DNA of 62,568 nucleotides, taken from the NCBI GenBank assembly GCA_017992295.1, contig JAGOOV010000002.1, forward strand, positions 1 through 62,568, read 5' to 3'. The notes beneath the pieces were generated by a model, which saw nothing but the letters and a program-made list of their open reading frames with translations, was not told where the DNA came from and searched no databases. The DNA comes from Candidatus Saccharimonadota bacterium. Lineage in GTDB: Bacteria > Patescibacteriota > Saccharimonadia > Saccharimonadales > CAIOMD01. Of this stretch, positions 9,706-19,864 are shown piece by piece. A program made the position numbers and the translations under genes. The first letter of the stretch is position 1, and each line of letters begins with the position of its first letter.

Positions 9706-11721
9706 CTAATTTTTGTATGCTTCTTGACCCAGTAATTGTTGTCTTAACCTAGCAAACCGCCTAGCTTGAGAAATTGCATCCTCTTTAGCTTTTTCTTCCG
9801 GACTTGTGCCGTTTGAACCACCATTAGAGGAGGTTTTAACAGTAGTTTGGACGCCCTTACCGATAACGTTAATTACTGGAATAACTATCGGGCTCCGTTG
9901 AGTACGTTCATACAAAAAATGAGTTACGTGCTCTTTAATCTCTTGCTTAAAGCGATCCAATTCCACTCGCTTAAAACGTTGCTGCACCGCCCTTCGCAGT
10001 TCGCTTCGCAAATCGTTCATTAGCTCTTCGTTATCCCTCATATAAATAAATCCGCGACTAATAATGTCCGGACTAGTTAAAACTGAGCCGTTCTTTTTAT
10101 CAATCGTCAACACCACCGCTACTAAACCATCTTGAGCCATCATTAAACGATCCTTGACCACTACATTACTAACAATCGCCCCCGTTTGGTCGACCAACAC
10201 GGTGCCGTGCGGTACTTGGCCGGCATGTTCCATTTTGTCGCCTGTGAAAGATATGACATCACCGTTTTCGGCGTTAAATGTTCGGTCTCTAGGGATTCCT
10301 TCTTCAACTGCATATTCGATATGGCGCTGTTTAGAACGATAGGAACCATAAATGGGCACAAAGAACTTAGGTTTGGTAATTCTAATCATGTCTTTGTATT
10401 CATCGGCGCTACCATGTCCCGAAACATGCAGAGGACCAATGTTATCCAGCTCGTGAGTAGCGTGTTGAAATATATGAACCCCCTTACGCATCAGATCGTC
10501 TACCATGTCACCAATCATAGCGTCGTTGCCGCTCTCCGGTATCGGCGTGGAGCTTAAAATAACCGTATCTCTAGGCTTGAGCTTAATGTGTTTATGGTCG
10601 CCGGTACTCATACGCATAAGAGCTGAGTTTGTTTCGCCCTGACTGCCTGTGCATATAACAACAACTTTTTCGTCTGGTAGATTATTAGCGCTGGCTATCG
10701 GAATAAAAGTGCCCTTTGGCACTTTAACAAAGCCATTTCTAACTGCCATTTCGAGGGTGCTCATCATACTACGACCGTCTAAAGCGATTTTTCGGCCGTG
10801 GTGCACGGCAGCGTTTATAACCATTTGGATTCTATTAATGTTCGTAGAAAAAATGGCAATAAAAACTCTACCTGGAGCCCTGTTAAATAACTCAATAAAA
10901 CTGGGTTCAATTATACTCTCGCTAGGCGTTCTACCGGCTCTGTCGGTTGTAGTACTTTCGGACAACAGCAATAAAACGCCTTCTTCACCCAGGTGTTTCA
11001 ATCTATCCATATCGGTTTTTTCGTGATCTAGAGGGTTAGGGTCGAGCCTAAAATCACCACTTATAATAATTCTGCCAACCGGAGAATCAATAACTATAGC
11101 AGTTGCTCCGGGTATAGAGTGAGTAACCCTCACCAGTTCAACAAAAAAAGCGCCAATCTTTATTTTTTCGTGAGTCGTTTCGTTTATAACAACTGTTTTC
11201 AGCTCAAACCCTTCGGGCATTGATAAACCAAAATTTTCAAAAATTTCCTCAACCCTGCCAATAGTGAACTTACTGCCAAAAACAGACGCCGGGAATTTTG
11301 GCACAATATGAGGTAAGCCTCCAATATGGTCCAGGTGGCCGTGACTTATGACGTAGCCCTTTATTTTATGCCTGATAGTCTCGAGATAAGTGGTGTCGGC
11401 GATAGCGTAGTTAATACCCGGTAAATCTACGCCCAAGTCGTTACCGGCATCAATTACCAAAGCATCGTTTAGATACTCGATAACCAACATATTCTTTGAG
11501 CCGCCCCCATCCATGCCGCCTAACCCAATTACTTTTAGCCTGGGTGAGTCATCTATTAAATTGGCTCTCTTTTCGAGCTTTTTAGATTCGGCGTTTTGGT
11601 ATTCGTTGGCGATTTTGTTGGCTGCTTCAACACTACGCCTTTGAGCTCGAATCGCCTCACTGCGCGAGGCTGACCGCGCCGCCAACTTAGCTGTTTCTTG
11701 AGTTTTTTGATTGTCTGTCAT
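9706..11721 (-). CDS. rnj: Ribonuclease J (metallo-beta-lactamase/beta-CASP) with basic N-terminal extension
   Basis: HGHLDHIGG motif; 671 aa; the beta-CASP and C-terminal domains are colinear with RNase J. Confidence 0.9.
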   Translation of the reverse strand: MTDNQKTQETAKLAARSASRSEAIRAQRRSVEAANKIANEYQNAESKKLEKRANLIDDSPRLKVIGLGGMDGGGSKNMLVIEYLNDALVIDAGNDLGVDLPGINYAIADTTYLETIRHKIKGYVISHGHLDHIGGLPHIVPKFPASVFGSKFTIGRVEEIFENFGLSMPEGFELKTVVINETTHEKIKIGAFFVELVRVTHSIPGATAIVIDSPVGRIIISGDFRLDPNPLDHEKTDMDRLKHLGEEGVLLLLSESTTTDRAGRTPSESIIEPSFIELFNRAPGRVFIAIFSTNINRIQMVINAAVHHGRKIALDGRSMMSTLEMAVRNGFVKVPKGTFIPIASANNLPDEKVVVICTGSQGETNSALMRMSTGDHKHIKLKPRDTVILSSTPIPESGNDAMIGDMVDDLMRKGVHIFQHATHELDNIGPLHVSGHGSADEYKDMIRITKPKFFVPIYGSYRSKQRHIEYAVEEGIPRDRTFNAENGDVISFTGDKMEHAGQVPHGTVLVDQTGAIVSNVVVKDRLMMAQDGLVAVVLTIDKKNGSVLTSPDIISRGFIYMRDNEELMNDLRSELRRAVQQRFKRVELDRFKQEIKEHVTHFLYERTQRSPIVIPVINVIGKGVQTTVKTSSNGGSNGTSPEEKAKEDAISQARRFARLRQQLLGQEAYKN

Positions 11722-11728
11722 TATTTTA

Positions 11729-12301
11729 TTATTTTCCTTTTCTTATTAACCTTAATGTTTCTGGGATTGCTTGATAGTCGTTAATTAGTTCCTGGCGCAT
11801 CATACCGTTATACAGAGCAGCTGCCGGATGGAACAGGGGCAAATACACTTGCCCCTTTACGCGTTTAGGCTGACCATGTATTTTGCTTATTTGCTGATTG
11901 GGCAAGAAGCACTCCATGGAGTGCCTGCCCAGAAGTACGATTAAAGGAGGTTGTATAACGTCAATCTGTTTAATTAAATATGGCAAAAAAGCCGATTTTT
12001 CTTCGGGCAGAGGATCCCTGTTGTTTGGTGGCCGGTATTTAACAATATTCGTTATATAAATCTGCTTACGATTTAATTTGATACTAGACAGCATTTCGTC
12101 TAAAAACCTGCCGGCCGCCCCAACAAACGGCTTGCCTTGTATATCTTCATTTTTTCCGGGAGCCTCACCAATAAACATAATATCGGCATCGGGGTTCCCC
12201 TCGCCGAAGACCAAACTGGTAGCTTGAGCTGCTAATTGAGAGCAGACTTTATTTTCTATAATACTTGTCTTAATTTGGTCAAGAAGTTCTTGTTTAGACA
12301 T
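11729..12301 (-). CDS. Uracil-DNA glycosylase, family 4
   Basis: Motif [17 protein letters not shown]...GKPFVGAAG...HPAAAL. Confidence 0.88.
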   Translation of the reverse strand: MSKQELLDQIKTSIIENKVCSQLAAQATSLVFGEGNPDADIMFIGEAPGKNEDIQGKPFVGAAGRFLDEMLSSIKLNRKQIYITNIVKYRPPNNRDPLPEEKSAFLPYLIKQIDVIQPPLIVLLGRHSMECFLPNQQISKIHGQPKRVKGQVYLPLFHPAAALYNGMMRQELINDYQAIPETLRLIRKGK

Positions 12302-12340
12302 CTTTAAAATTTACTTGTTTACTTAACTAGTTGATAGTTG

Positions 12341-14473
12341 TTACTTTTTGTGGTTTGCGGCTTGCTTCATAGACAAAACCAAACGTCCCCTATCGTCTAT
12401 GGCTATTAGTTTGACCGAAACAAGATCGCCGCTTTTAACCACATCACTAGGATGCTGGGTTCTTCCTTCAGCCATCTCGCTAATATGAACCAGCCCTTCT
12501 ACCCCTGGCATTATCTCTACAAAAGCCCCAAAGTCCATGAGCTTAATTACTTTGCAATTCGAGTATATTTTTCCTACCTCCGGTTCAGCAACGTACTGCT
12601 TAATTAACGCTTTGGTAGCCTCAATAGACTCTTTATCTTGTGACGCCAGATAGATTAAACCATCGTCTTTAATATCTATCTCGGCTCCGGTTTGAGCAAT
12701 AATCTTGTTGATAGTTCCACCACCTTTACCGATGACATCGCGTATTTTATCCGGATTAATTTTCATAGTTTCTACCCGAGGAGCAAATTTGCTCATTTCT
12801 AATCGCGGTTTAGGCAAAGTTTTTAGCATCGACTCTAATATAACTGCTCGCCCTTCTTTGGCCTGCAGCAGGGCTTTGCTCAGCAGCTCAATAGAAAGGC
12901 CGTGTACCTTCATGTCCATTTGTAAGGCAGTAATACCATCCTTAGTGCCGGCTACTTTGAAATCCATATCGCCAGCAAAATCTTCGGCATCGGCAATATC
13001 ACTGAGGATTATTGCTTTGTCGTTATCCATAAATAACCCCATAGCTATGCCGCTGACTGGTGTTTTGATTGGTACCCCGGCATCCATAAGCGCCAAACAA
13101 CTGGAACAAGTTGCTGCCATAGACGTGCTTCCGTGTTGACTCATAATTTCGGTCACACTTCGAATAGTGTATGGAAACTCTTCTTCACTGGGCAAAACCG
13201 CCTGCAACGCTCTTTCGGCCAAAGCCCCGTGCCCAATCTCACGACGGCCTGGACTACCCAGGCGGCGAACATCTCCAGTGGTGTAACCGGGGGCGTTGTA
13301 GTGATGCATATAGCGTCGCTCGCCCTCCTTTTCCATCGTATCAATCACTTGGGCATAGCTTAAAGGAGCCAGTGTAACAATGTTCATCGCTTGAGTTATA
13401 CCTCTGGTGAACAAGCTAGAGCCATGGGCTCTAGGCAGTAAGCCGACTTCACTACTTAATGGTCTTATCTCATCGCTTTTTCGCCCATCCGGCCTAGCGC
13501 CGCTTTTGATTATTCCGTCTCTGACGTCTTTATTAACAACCACTGCATAAGCTTCTTCGTATTCTTTCTGCTTCAGAGCAAACTCCTCCTCGCCGAGCAG
13601 TGACAAAAAATGATCGAGCATTGATATCCTCAAATCGTGCATCTTCTGATGCCTTTCCGGATAGTCAGTTCTAATATTAGAACCTAGCTTATTGTCTAAA
13701 AATAGTTGAACCTCACGTACTACTTCTTCGCTTGGCACGTCTAATATATATTCCTGGGGTTCAACCCCTATTTTTTTGACCAATTCCTCTTGTAGTTTAA
13801 TAGCGGGTTGAATATTTTTATGAGCGTATTCAAAAGCCCCTATCATTTCTTTTTCCGAGGCCTCATTAGCACCCGCCTCGACCATCATAATTGCGCCTTT
13901 AGTACCTGCCACTACTACGTCTAGTTTAGACTCAGCCATGTCCTCGGCCGACAAGAAAGTGCTATACTTACCCCCTACCAAACCAACCCTTAGCCCTGCC
14001 ACCGGACCCTCAAAGGGTGCGCCGGTTAACATTAATGCACTGCTTACGGCAATCATGGCAATAGCATCCGGCCTAAACCCGGGATCCATGCTTAACACTG
14101 TGGCTATGCCTTGAACCTCATGGCGATAACCCTTGGGCCATAGCGGTCTGATTGGTCTGTCTATCAGGCGTCCTATCAAAATGGCATCATCGCTCGGGCG
14201 ACCTTCTCTTTTAATAAACCTACTGCCGCTGATTTTGCCGGCTGCATACATTTTCTCCTCGTAATCAATACTTAGGGGGAAATAGTCAAATTCTTTGACT
14301 GGTGTTGGGCTGACCATAGCTGTACCCAATATCACGGTATCGCCATAACGAACCAAAACGCTGGAAGTCGATCTAAAACCCACACGCCCAACCTCTAAAC
14401 TCAATGTTTTCCCACAGAACTCGGTTTCTATTTTTAATATGTTTTTTCCAAACGGATTAATCGTTTGTCCCAT
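12341..14473 (-). CDS. pnp: Polynucleotide phosphorylase
   Basis: 710 aa with two RNase PH domains, a KH domain (GKGGGTINKI) and a C-terminal S1 domain. It lies downstream of rpsO. Confidence 0.96.
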   Translation of the reverse strand: MGQTINPFGKNILKIETEFCGKTLSLEVGRVGFRSTSSVLVRYGDTVILGTAMVSPTPVKEFDYFPLSIDYEEKMYAAGKISGSRFIKREGRPSDDAILIGRLIDRPIRPLWPKGYRHEVQGIATVLSMDPGFRPDAIAMIAVSSALMLTGAPFEGPVAGLRVGLVGGKYSTFLSAEDMAESKLDVVVAGTKGAIMMVEAGANEASEKEMIGAFEYAHKNIQPAIKLQEELVKKIGVEPQEYILDVPSEEVVREVQLFLDNKLGSNIRTDYPERHQKMHDLRISMLDHFLSLLGEEEFALKQKEYEEAYAVVVNKDVRDGIIKSGARPDGRKSDEIRPLSSEVGLLPRAHGSSLFTRGITQAMNIVTLAPLSYAQVIDTMEKEGERRYMHHYNAPGYTTGDVRRLGSPGRREIGHGALAERALQAVLPSEEEFPYTIRSVTEIMSQHGSTSMAATCSSCLALMDAGVPIKTPVSGIAMGLFMDNDKAIILSDIADAEDFAGDMDFKVAGTKDGITALQMDMKVHGLSIELLSKALLQAKEGRAVILESMLKTLPKPRLEMSKFAPRVETMKINPDKIRDVIGKGGGTINKIIAQTGAEIDIKDDGLIYLASQDKESIEATKALIKQYVAEPEVGKIYSNCKVIKLMDFGAFVEIMPGVEGLVHISEMAEGRTQHPSDVVKSGDLVSVKLIAIDDRGRLVLSMKQAANHKK

Positions 14474-14499
14474 TAATTTTTTATAATCCTTTCTATAAA

Positions 14500-14551
14500 G
14501 TGGCGGGGTTCAGGTATACGGGCTTAACAACGTATAGCTGTGCTCCACCAC
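14500..14551 (-). promoter_or_regulatory. Stem-loop in the rpsO-pnp intergenic region (pnp leader / processing hairpin candidate)
   Basis: In the RNA, GUGGUGG pairs with CCGCCAC (7 bp, one G-U). This encloses a second helix, UAUACG/CGUAUA. Confidence 0.35.
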
Positions 14552-14624
14552 CTTACTTCAATAATTTATTTAAATTATACTTAATTTTTCTCCTAATTAA
14601 ATTATTTATTCAAATATCAAATTT

Positions 14625-14897
14625 TTAAACTTGACGTCTGATGCCTAACTTTTTGATAGTCTTAAGGTATTTGTCCGGTTCCGTTTCTGCCAAGTATTTC
14701 AATAAACGGCGCCTTTTACCAACTAGCTGTAACAATCCTCGACGAGCCATAAAATCATGCTTGTTCTTTTTTAAATGTTCCGTAATCTCTTTAATTCTGG
14801 CAGTTAAAACACTAGCCTGAGCTTCCGGCGAACCGGTGTCTTTTTTATGTCTTTGAGTATCGTTGATTATCGATTGTTTTTTAGCTGTAGAAATCAT
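14625..14897 (-). CDS. rpsO: 30S ribosomal protein S15
   Basis: 90 aa; reads DTGSPEAQASVLTARIKEITEHLKKNKHDFMARRGLLQLVGKRRRLLKYL. Confidence 0.95.
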   Translation of the reverse strand: MISTAKKQSIINDTQRHKKDTGSPEAQASVLTARIKEITEHLKKNKHDFMARRGLLQLVGKRRRLLKYLAETEPDKYLKTIKKLGIRRQV

Positions 14898-14926
14898 AAA
14901 GCCTACGGATTATAACAATATTTTAC

Positions 14927-15616
14927 TCAATTTTCAAGCGTAATTAAATTGTTTAGCAAAATTGGGTAATTTAGTTGGCTAAGCTCAACGGCCTTATCTA
15001 AATCAAAATTTCCCACCCTGGTTCTGACCAGATGTTTTATATATGCACCGGTACCTAGCTCCTTGCCTATATCTTCTACTAGCACCCTAATGTATGTGCC
15101 ACTACTGACGGTCGTTTTTATTTTTAAGCAAGGATATTTGTAGGATACAATCTCAATCTCTTTGATATTAATTTGTCTAGGTTTTATACTCGGTCGCAAA
15201 CCTTGGCGGGCTAGTTTGTAGGCTCTAATGCCATCGACTTTTACAGCACTAAAAACAGGCGGAGTTTGTAGGCTCACTCCTTTAAAACTGACTAAAGCCA
15301 ATTTTATACTCTCTCTTGTTGGCCTTTTCGAAGAAACTACTTTAATTTGGCCCTCGCTATCGCCAGTAGTAGAGTTCTTGCCTAAAACAGCTTCGGCAAT
15401 ATAGGTTTTTTGTAGTTCAGTTAAGGCGGTTAGCCTTTTTGTGTATGGGCCCACTGCTATAACTAGCAAGCCGCTGGCCAGAGGATCCAACGTGCCACTA
15501 TGGCCTACCTTTATTTTCTGCTTAGTATTCGCTTTAATAATTCCTCTAACAATGGATACTACTCTAAAGCTGGAGATGCCGATCGGTTTATTTACTAATA
15601 ACAGTCCTTGAACCAT
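14927..15616 (-). CDS. truB: tRNA pseudouridine(55) synthase TruB
   Basis: Catalytic motif GHSGTLDPLASGLLV; 229 aa. Confidence 0.92.
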   Translation of the reverse strand: MVQGLLLVNKPIGISSFRVVSIVRGIIKANTKQKIKVGHSGTLDPLASGLLVIAVGPYTKRLTALTELQKTYIAEAVLGKNSTTGDSEGQIKVVSSKRPTRESIKLALVSFKGVSLQTPPVFSAVKVDGIRAYKLARQGLRPSIKPRQINIKEIEIVSYKYPCLKIKTTVSSGTYIRVLVEDIGKELGTGAYIKHLVRTRVGNFDLDKAVELSQLNYPILLNNLITLEN

Positions 15617-15637
15617 TTGGCTGATAGAAATTTTTAA

Positions 15638-17215
15638 TTAAAAACCAGGTAAAGGCGGAACGCCACTGATGTTGTCATCATCGTCCCTAGCATTGCCGGC
15701 ATTTGGCAACATTTCTTTGGCTGGTTCAGAAAAAGGCGGCATTATGGGCGGAGGAACGGGAGGAGCAACATTATCGCTCTCCTCTTTTTCCAAAGGGAAC
15801 TCTGTAGCATTTAGAGCTTGAACCGGCTCGGGGCGATCAGGATTGTAGGCAGCATTTACAGCGTTCATAACGGCCTTACGAGCAGCATCGGCGTCCAAAT
15901 CGTTTTGTGGCGAATCTTGATAGCTCTGCACATTTGATTCGATGTCGGCTAGAGTATCGTTTTGGTTTACATCCGGGCCAAGTTTTTTATCGTTCTCCAG
16001 TGAGCCAATGTCAAAATTATCGTTATCGTTAATCGGCCGAATATCCGCAGCTTTAGTTGGCAAGGGTGGTGTAACGGCCGAGGGAATAGTGCTGAGCGGA
16101 TCGGTGCTTGGACCGTATCGTTCTTGCTCGGGAACCGAGTTCGCTGTCAGAACTCCCCCTGTTTGTGGCGCCTCAGTAATATATTTACTGTATTCACTGA
16201 TCTCCTTTTCATTTTCGTCAATTTTTTCTTTTTCTTTTACATCGTCTTTCTGTTTGCTATTTTCACTTTTTTCTTGTTGTTTTAAGTCTGAAGAGGCGGA
16301 TAGCACTCCCTGTTCATCGATGTGTATTTCTTCCGGTTCCGGCTTAGTTGGTCGAATGTCACTCGTTTCTTCTTGTTTTTTTATTTTGTCTTCATGTAAA
16401 TCAATAACCCCTTCTTCGTCGGGGTTAGTCTCCGGTTGTACTGGCTCTTGTTCATCGGGCTTATTTTCTGCTAGTTCCAGTTTTTCGGCTATTAGTTGTT
16501 GATTAGCTCCAGCTGCCATTAACTGCGCCGCCATAGTCATCACTTTAGGCGTCGTCTTCTCGTTGCGAAACCTTTCCGTTTGGGCCACTATCCCTGTTAA
16601 GAAAGCCGTAGCCATTTGGCTATCAATTAATCCTCCTTGAAAAGCTTCGCTAATACTAACCAGCATTTCGCATAAACCGCTAGCCTCTGGTTCTTGCCAA
16701 TTAATACTACCGATGTCCACCTGCGTCGGGCCAGCCATAACCCCGATAACCGTAGCGTCATGTAAAATGCGTCCGTGTGCAGTTATAGCTTTGTCTAGAT
16801 AATTGCGCTCTGCCACACCTAAAGCCACCACAACGTCAACATTAAAGTCGCCCTGGCTAAAATCCAAATCTTTCTCGGTTAGATAAGTTCTGTAAGGCGT
16901 GATAAATATTTTTACTACGTTCTCTTCTACTTTGTAGCGTAATTTGTCGGCTTTGGACTTATCTAGCGCAATTATAAAATCTCGCAGACTGTCAGTATTT
17001 TGCTCTAGAGTTTCTTCGGGTTTTAAAAATTCAATTGTTGACGGTACTTGTCCGCTAAAAACGGCCGTAGCGTGCTTTCCCAGTTTATTCATCATTAAGG
17101 TAAGTCCAACAGCCGCACATAGCTGGTCTACACTCGGGTTATCGCTAACTGTAACCAGCACGTTCTGAGCATCTCGTAAACGCTCAACAGCCTGGGATTT
17201 AGAATTTTGATCCAT
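15638..17215 (-). CDS. DHH/DHHA1-like protein with degenerate catalytic motifs and a long disordered acidic/Pro-rich C-terminal half
   Basis: The N-terminal ~230 aa are colinear with NrnA-type DHH proteins, but the H..DGD and DHH positions read SDNPSVD, and no DHH tripeptide occurs in the protein. The C-terminal ~290 aa are low-complexity. Confidence 0.5.
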   Translation of the reverse strand: MDQNSKSQAVERLRDAQNVLVTVSDNPSVDQLCAAVGLTLMMNKLGKHATAVFSGQVPSTIEFLKPEETLEQNTDSLRDFIIALDKSKADKLRYKVEENVVKIFITPYRTYLTEKDLDFSQGDFNVDVVVALGVAERNYLDKAITAHGRILHDATVIGVMAGPTQVDIGSINWQEPEASGLCEMLVSISEAFQGGLIDSQMATAFLTGIVAQTERFRNEKTTPKVMTMAAQLMAAGANQQLIAEKLELAENKPDEQEPVQPETNPDEEGVIDLHEDKIKKQEETSDIRPTKPEPEEIHIDEQGVLSASSDLKQQEKSENSKQKDDVKEKEKIDENEKEISEYSKYITEAPQTGGVLTANSVPEQERYGPSTDPLSTIPSAVTPPLPTKAADIRPINDNDNFDIGSLENDKKLGPDVNQNDTLADIESNVQSYQDSPQNDLDADAARKAVMNAVNAAYNPDRPEPVQALNATEFPLEKEESDNVAPPVPPPIMPPFSEPAKEMLPNAGNARDDDDNISGVPPLPGF

Positions 17216-17469
17216 TCTTAGTCCGTTCTATATTTTTCTATCTTTCTGCAAATTATTTGTATTTTTTTATACCTATCAAAACACTATCACATAAATGGCT
17301 GTTTATCAAGATATATTAGGCTTATTTTTAGAAGTATTTTTTGGTTATAAAGGGCACGGAGTAAGGTCTATTTACGTAAACAAGCTTTTTCATAACCTTC
17401 GGCTTGCGAAACGCCAACATCTTTTAAGTGAGCACTATCGTATTTTAGTTTTTTTCGTACTTATATTCT

Positions 17470-17498
17470 TTGCAAAATAAGAAGTTTTAGTTTATACT
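17470..17498 (+). promoter_or_regulatory. Sigma-70-like promoter upstream of rpsT
   Basis: TTGCAA-N17-TATACT, about 50 nt upstream of the rpsT ATG. Confidence 0.4.
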
Positions 17499-17547
17499 TT
17501 GCCATTGATTGATAAAGTAACTCTACTAAATAAGGATAAAACGTACG

Positions 17548-17952
17548 ATGCCAATAATTAAGTCCGCAGAGAAGAGAGTCAGAAAGACTAAAAAAGCTGC
17601 AATTCGTAACGCCAAAACCAAGCGTAATTTACGAGAAGCGGTCAAAGCTTTTATTGTAGCCACCAAAAAAGGCAAGGCCAAAGAAATTCTTGAGGCGCAG
17701 AACCGTGCCAATAGCGCTATTGATACTGCAGTCAAAAAGGGAGTGATACACAAAAATAAAGCAGCCCGAAAAAAGAAACAACTAGCCAAAAACGCTAAAG
17801 CGAGCGGAGCCAAAATCGGTAAAGCCACCAAAGCGAAATCAACTGCCAAAACAACATCTAAGAAGACTGTCAAACAAAAAACTGTTAAAAAAACCAATTC
17901 CAAACCAAAAACCGTTAAAAAACCAACAGCCAAACCGCTTACTAAAAAATAA
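17548..17952 (+). CDS. rpsT: 30S ribosomal protein S20 with Lys/Thr/Ala-rich C-terminal extension
   Basis: Begins MPIIKSAEKRVRKTKKAAIRNAKTKRNLREAVKAF. The tail contains KATKAKSTAKTTSKKTVKQKTVKK. Confidence 0.93.
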   Translation: MPIIKSAEKRVRKTKKAAIRNAKTKRNLREAVKAFIVATKKGKAKEILEAQNRANSAIDTAVKKGVIHKNKAARKKKQLAKNAKASGAKIGKATKAKSTAKTTSKKTVKQKTVKKTNSKPKTVKKPTAKPLTKK

Positions 17953-17959
17953 CCCTTGT

Positions 17960-18877
17960 TTATTTAAACGAAAGTATTAACGTTTTTAAAACGTCGTCGG
18001 CATTCGTTGATCGTTGTTTAATTAGTCTGTCGGCCTCAATGGTGTCGTCCAGCATTTTTCGCAGCTTTACATTTAAGATACGACGAGCAATATTTAAGTT
18101 TTTGCGAATTACAAAAGGATTCATTTTTGATTCTTTCGCTATCCGGTCAACTGACAACCCGTTGGCCGATTTTACCACGGCTAACACATATAATTGCCAA
18201 GAAATCATGCCAAGTAAGTACCCCGGCTCCAACCCCTGCTCTCTTTGTTCTTTGTATAGTTTTATAGCTCTGGCTGGTTGATTATTAAAAGTGCTGTCGA
18301 GCATGGCAAATACACTGCTTTGTGGATTCAGGCTGGTTAGCTCCATTATCGATTCTTTAGTAATTTTTGAATCATACAACACTAGTTTTTCAAGCTCGTT
18401 AGCCAGCATTTGGTGATTGTCCCCGACTCTATCAACTAGTAAATTTGCTAAAGCCCGATTTATTGAACCACCCAACTGATTAACTTGCTCTATAACCCAA
18501 TCAACCAGATCTTCGCCCTCCAGGTGTTTGAATTCTTTTATCTCGGCGTATTTTTTTAGTTCCGTTAAAAATCGACTCCGGCTGTCTAGATGATTTTCTA
18601 CGACGACAAATTCAGTGGTGTCGGCCACATACCGAACTAAATCGTCAAAATTATCACTAATTTCTTTATTTTGGCCTAACCCTCTTACTATTACCATTCT
18701 TTTCGAAGACAAAAAGGGTATCGTAGCTACACTATCTTTCAGTAGATTAAGCTCAATTGAATCTCCACTAAGTCTATCGATTGCCGCTGCCCCATGAATC
18801 GTCGAAAAGTTGCCAACGAACTCTTTAAGCGCGGTTTCTCTTGCTGGATAATTATCCCCTATAAAAGCGGTAATCAT
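17960..18877 (-). CDS. holA: DNA polymerase III delta subunit
   Basis: 305 aa with delta-type AAA+-like N-domain and a C-terminal helical domain. Typical position next to rpsT. Confidence 0.8.
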   Translation of the reverse strand: MITAFIGDNYPARETALKEFVGNFSTIHGAAAIDRLSGDSIELNLLKDSVATIPFLSSKRMVIVRGLGQNKEISDNFDDLVRYVADTTEFVVVENHLDSRSRFLTELKKYAEIKEFKHLEGEDLVDWVIEQVNQLGGSINRALANLLVDRVGDNHQMLANELEKLVLYDSKITKESIMELTSLNPQSSVFAMLDSTFNNQPARAIKLYKEQREQGLEPGYLLGMISWQLYVLAVVKSANGLSVDRIAKESKMNPFVIRKNLNIARRILNVKLRKMLDDTIEADRLIKQRSTNADDVLKTLILSFK

Positions 18878-18881
18878 ATTA

Positions 18882-19757
18882 TTATTTCTCGTACAATTTT
18901 TGGTCTTTAATGCAAACGTGAGTACCTCGACCCGCCACCCTGATTTTTATTATCTCACGACCACACTTGGGGCAGGGCTGATGTTCTTTTCTAAAAACTT
19001 TGGCGAACTCAATGTAACTGCCTTTTTTGCCTTCCGCATTAACATAGTTTTTATCTGTCGAGCCACCCTTTTCAATACTTAGTTTCAAAACTCTTATTAA
19101 ACAATCGTGCAATCTCTTTAACCTGGCTTTAGGTATGGCGCTAACAATGCTTGATGGGTGTATCCCGGCACAAAACAAAGATTCGTCGGCATATATGTTA
19201 CCGATGCCAGCAATTACCGATTGGTCAAGCAAGGCGGTTTTTATGTTGGAGTTTTTTCGTTTCATTAAACAATCGGTAAAAAGAGGCAAACTAAAGCTAG
19301 AACCCAGCGGTTCCGGACCAACTTTTTGCATAAATCCGATATTGGGAATTTCGTCGGTTGGTATAAGTCTCATCCAACCAAATTTTCGCTGATCGTTAAA
19401 AAATAGTTTACTCCCATTGGTAAATTCAACGGTTACTCTGGTAGATTTGTCTGGCAACTCGCCAATCAAGCTATCGGTAGGATGCCCGGCTCCAAAACTT
19501 TGCTTGCCTCTAAAAACCAATTGACCGGTCATTTTTAGATGAATAACCAAACTATAGCCACTAGAAAGATCAATCATCAATACTTTCGCACGACGCCTAA
19601 TATCTAGAACCTCGGAACCAATCATGAATTTTTTGACATCACTAGGCGAATTTGGGAAACTTTTTGGCCAATCGCTCTTGGTTTTAGAAATAACCAAACC
19701 AGGCATAAACTGCCTTAAACCTAGTTTAACGGTCTCTACTTCCGGCAACTCTGGCAT
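18882..19757 (-). CDS. mutM: Formamidopyrimidine-DNA glycosylase
   Basis: N-terminal MPELPEVETV, an H2TH region, and a C-terminal zinc-finger region CPKCG...RGTHVC. Confidence 0.92.
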   Translation of the reverse strand: MPELPEVETVKLGLRQFMPGLVISKTKSDWPKSFPNSPSDVKKFMIGSEVLDIRRRAKVLMIDLSSGYSLVIHLKMTGQLVFRGKQSFGAGHPTDSLIGELPDKSTRVTVEFTNGSKLFFNDQRKFGWMRLIPTDEIPNIGFMQKVGPEPLGSSFSLPLFTDCLMKRKNSNIKTALLDQSVIAGIGNIYADESLFCAGIHPSSIVSAIPKARLKRLHDCLIRVLKLSIEKGGSTDKNYVNAEGKKGSYIEFAKVFRKEHQPCPKCGREIIKIRVAGRGTHVCIKDQKLYEK

Positions 19758-19864
19758 ACTTGTTACATTATAGTTATCATTTATATTAGTTACTAGCCAA
19801 AGAGATTTTTGGCTAAACAGTCAAGCGGCTTGAAAACCATTTGTGCTTACTAGATACTTACCGT

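Noticed and set aside
17526-17933. The 135-aa ORF antisense to rpsT, and similar long antisense or overlapping track ORFs (for example 8283..8639, 10186..10557, 15942..16502, 25839..26249, 26472..26939, 45354..45791, 49460..49879).
   Set aside because: Each lies entirely within, and opposite to or out of frame with, a confidently identified conserved gene. Their composition is low-complexity (Leu/Ser/Phe/Ala-rich). They are shadow ORFs.
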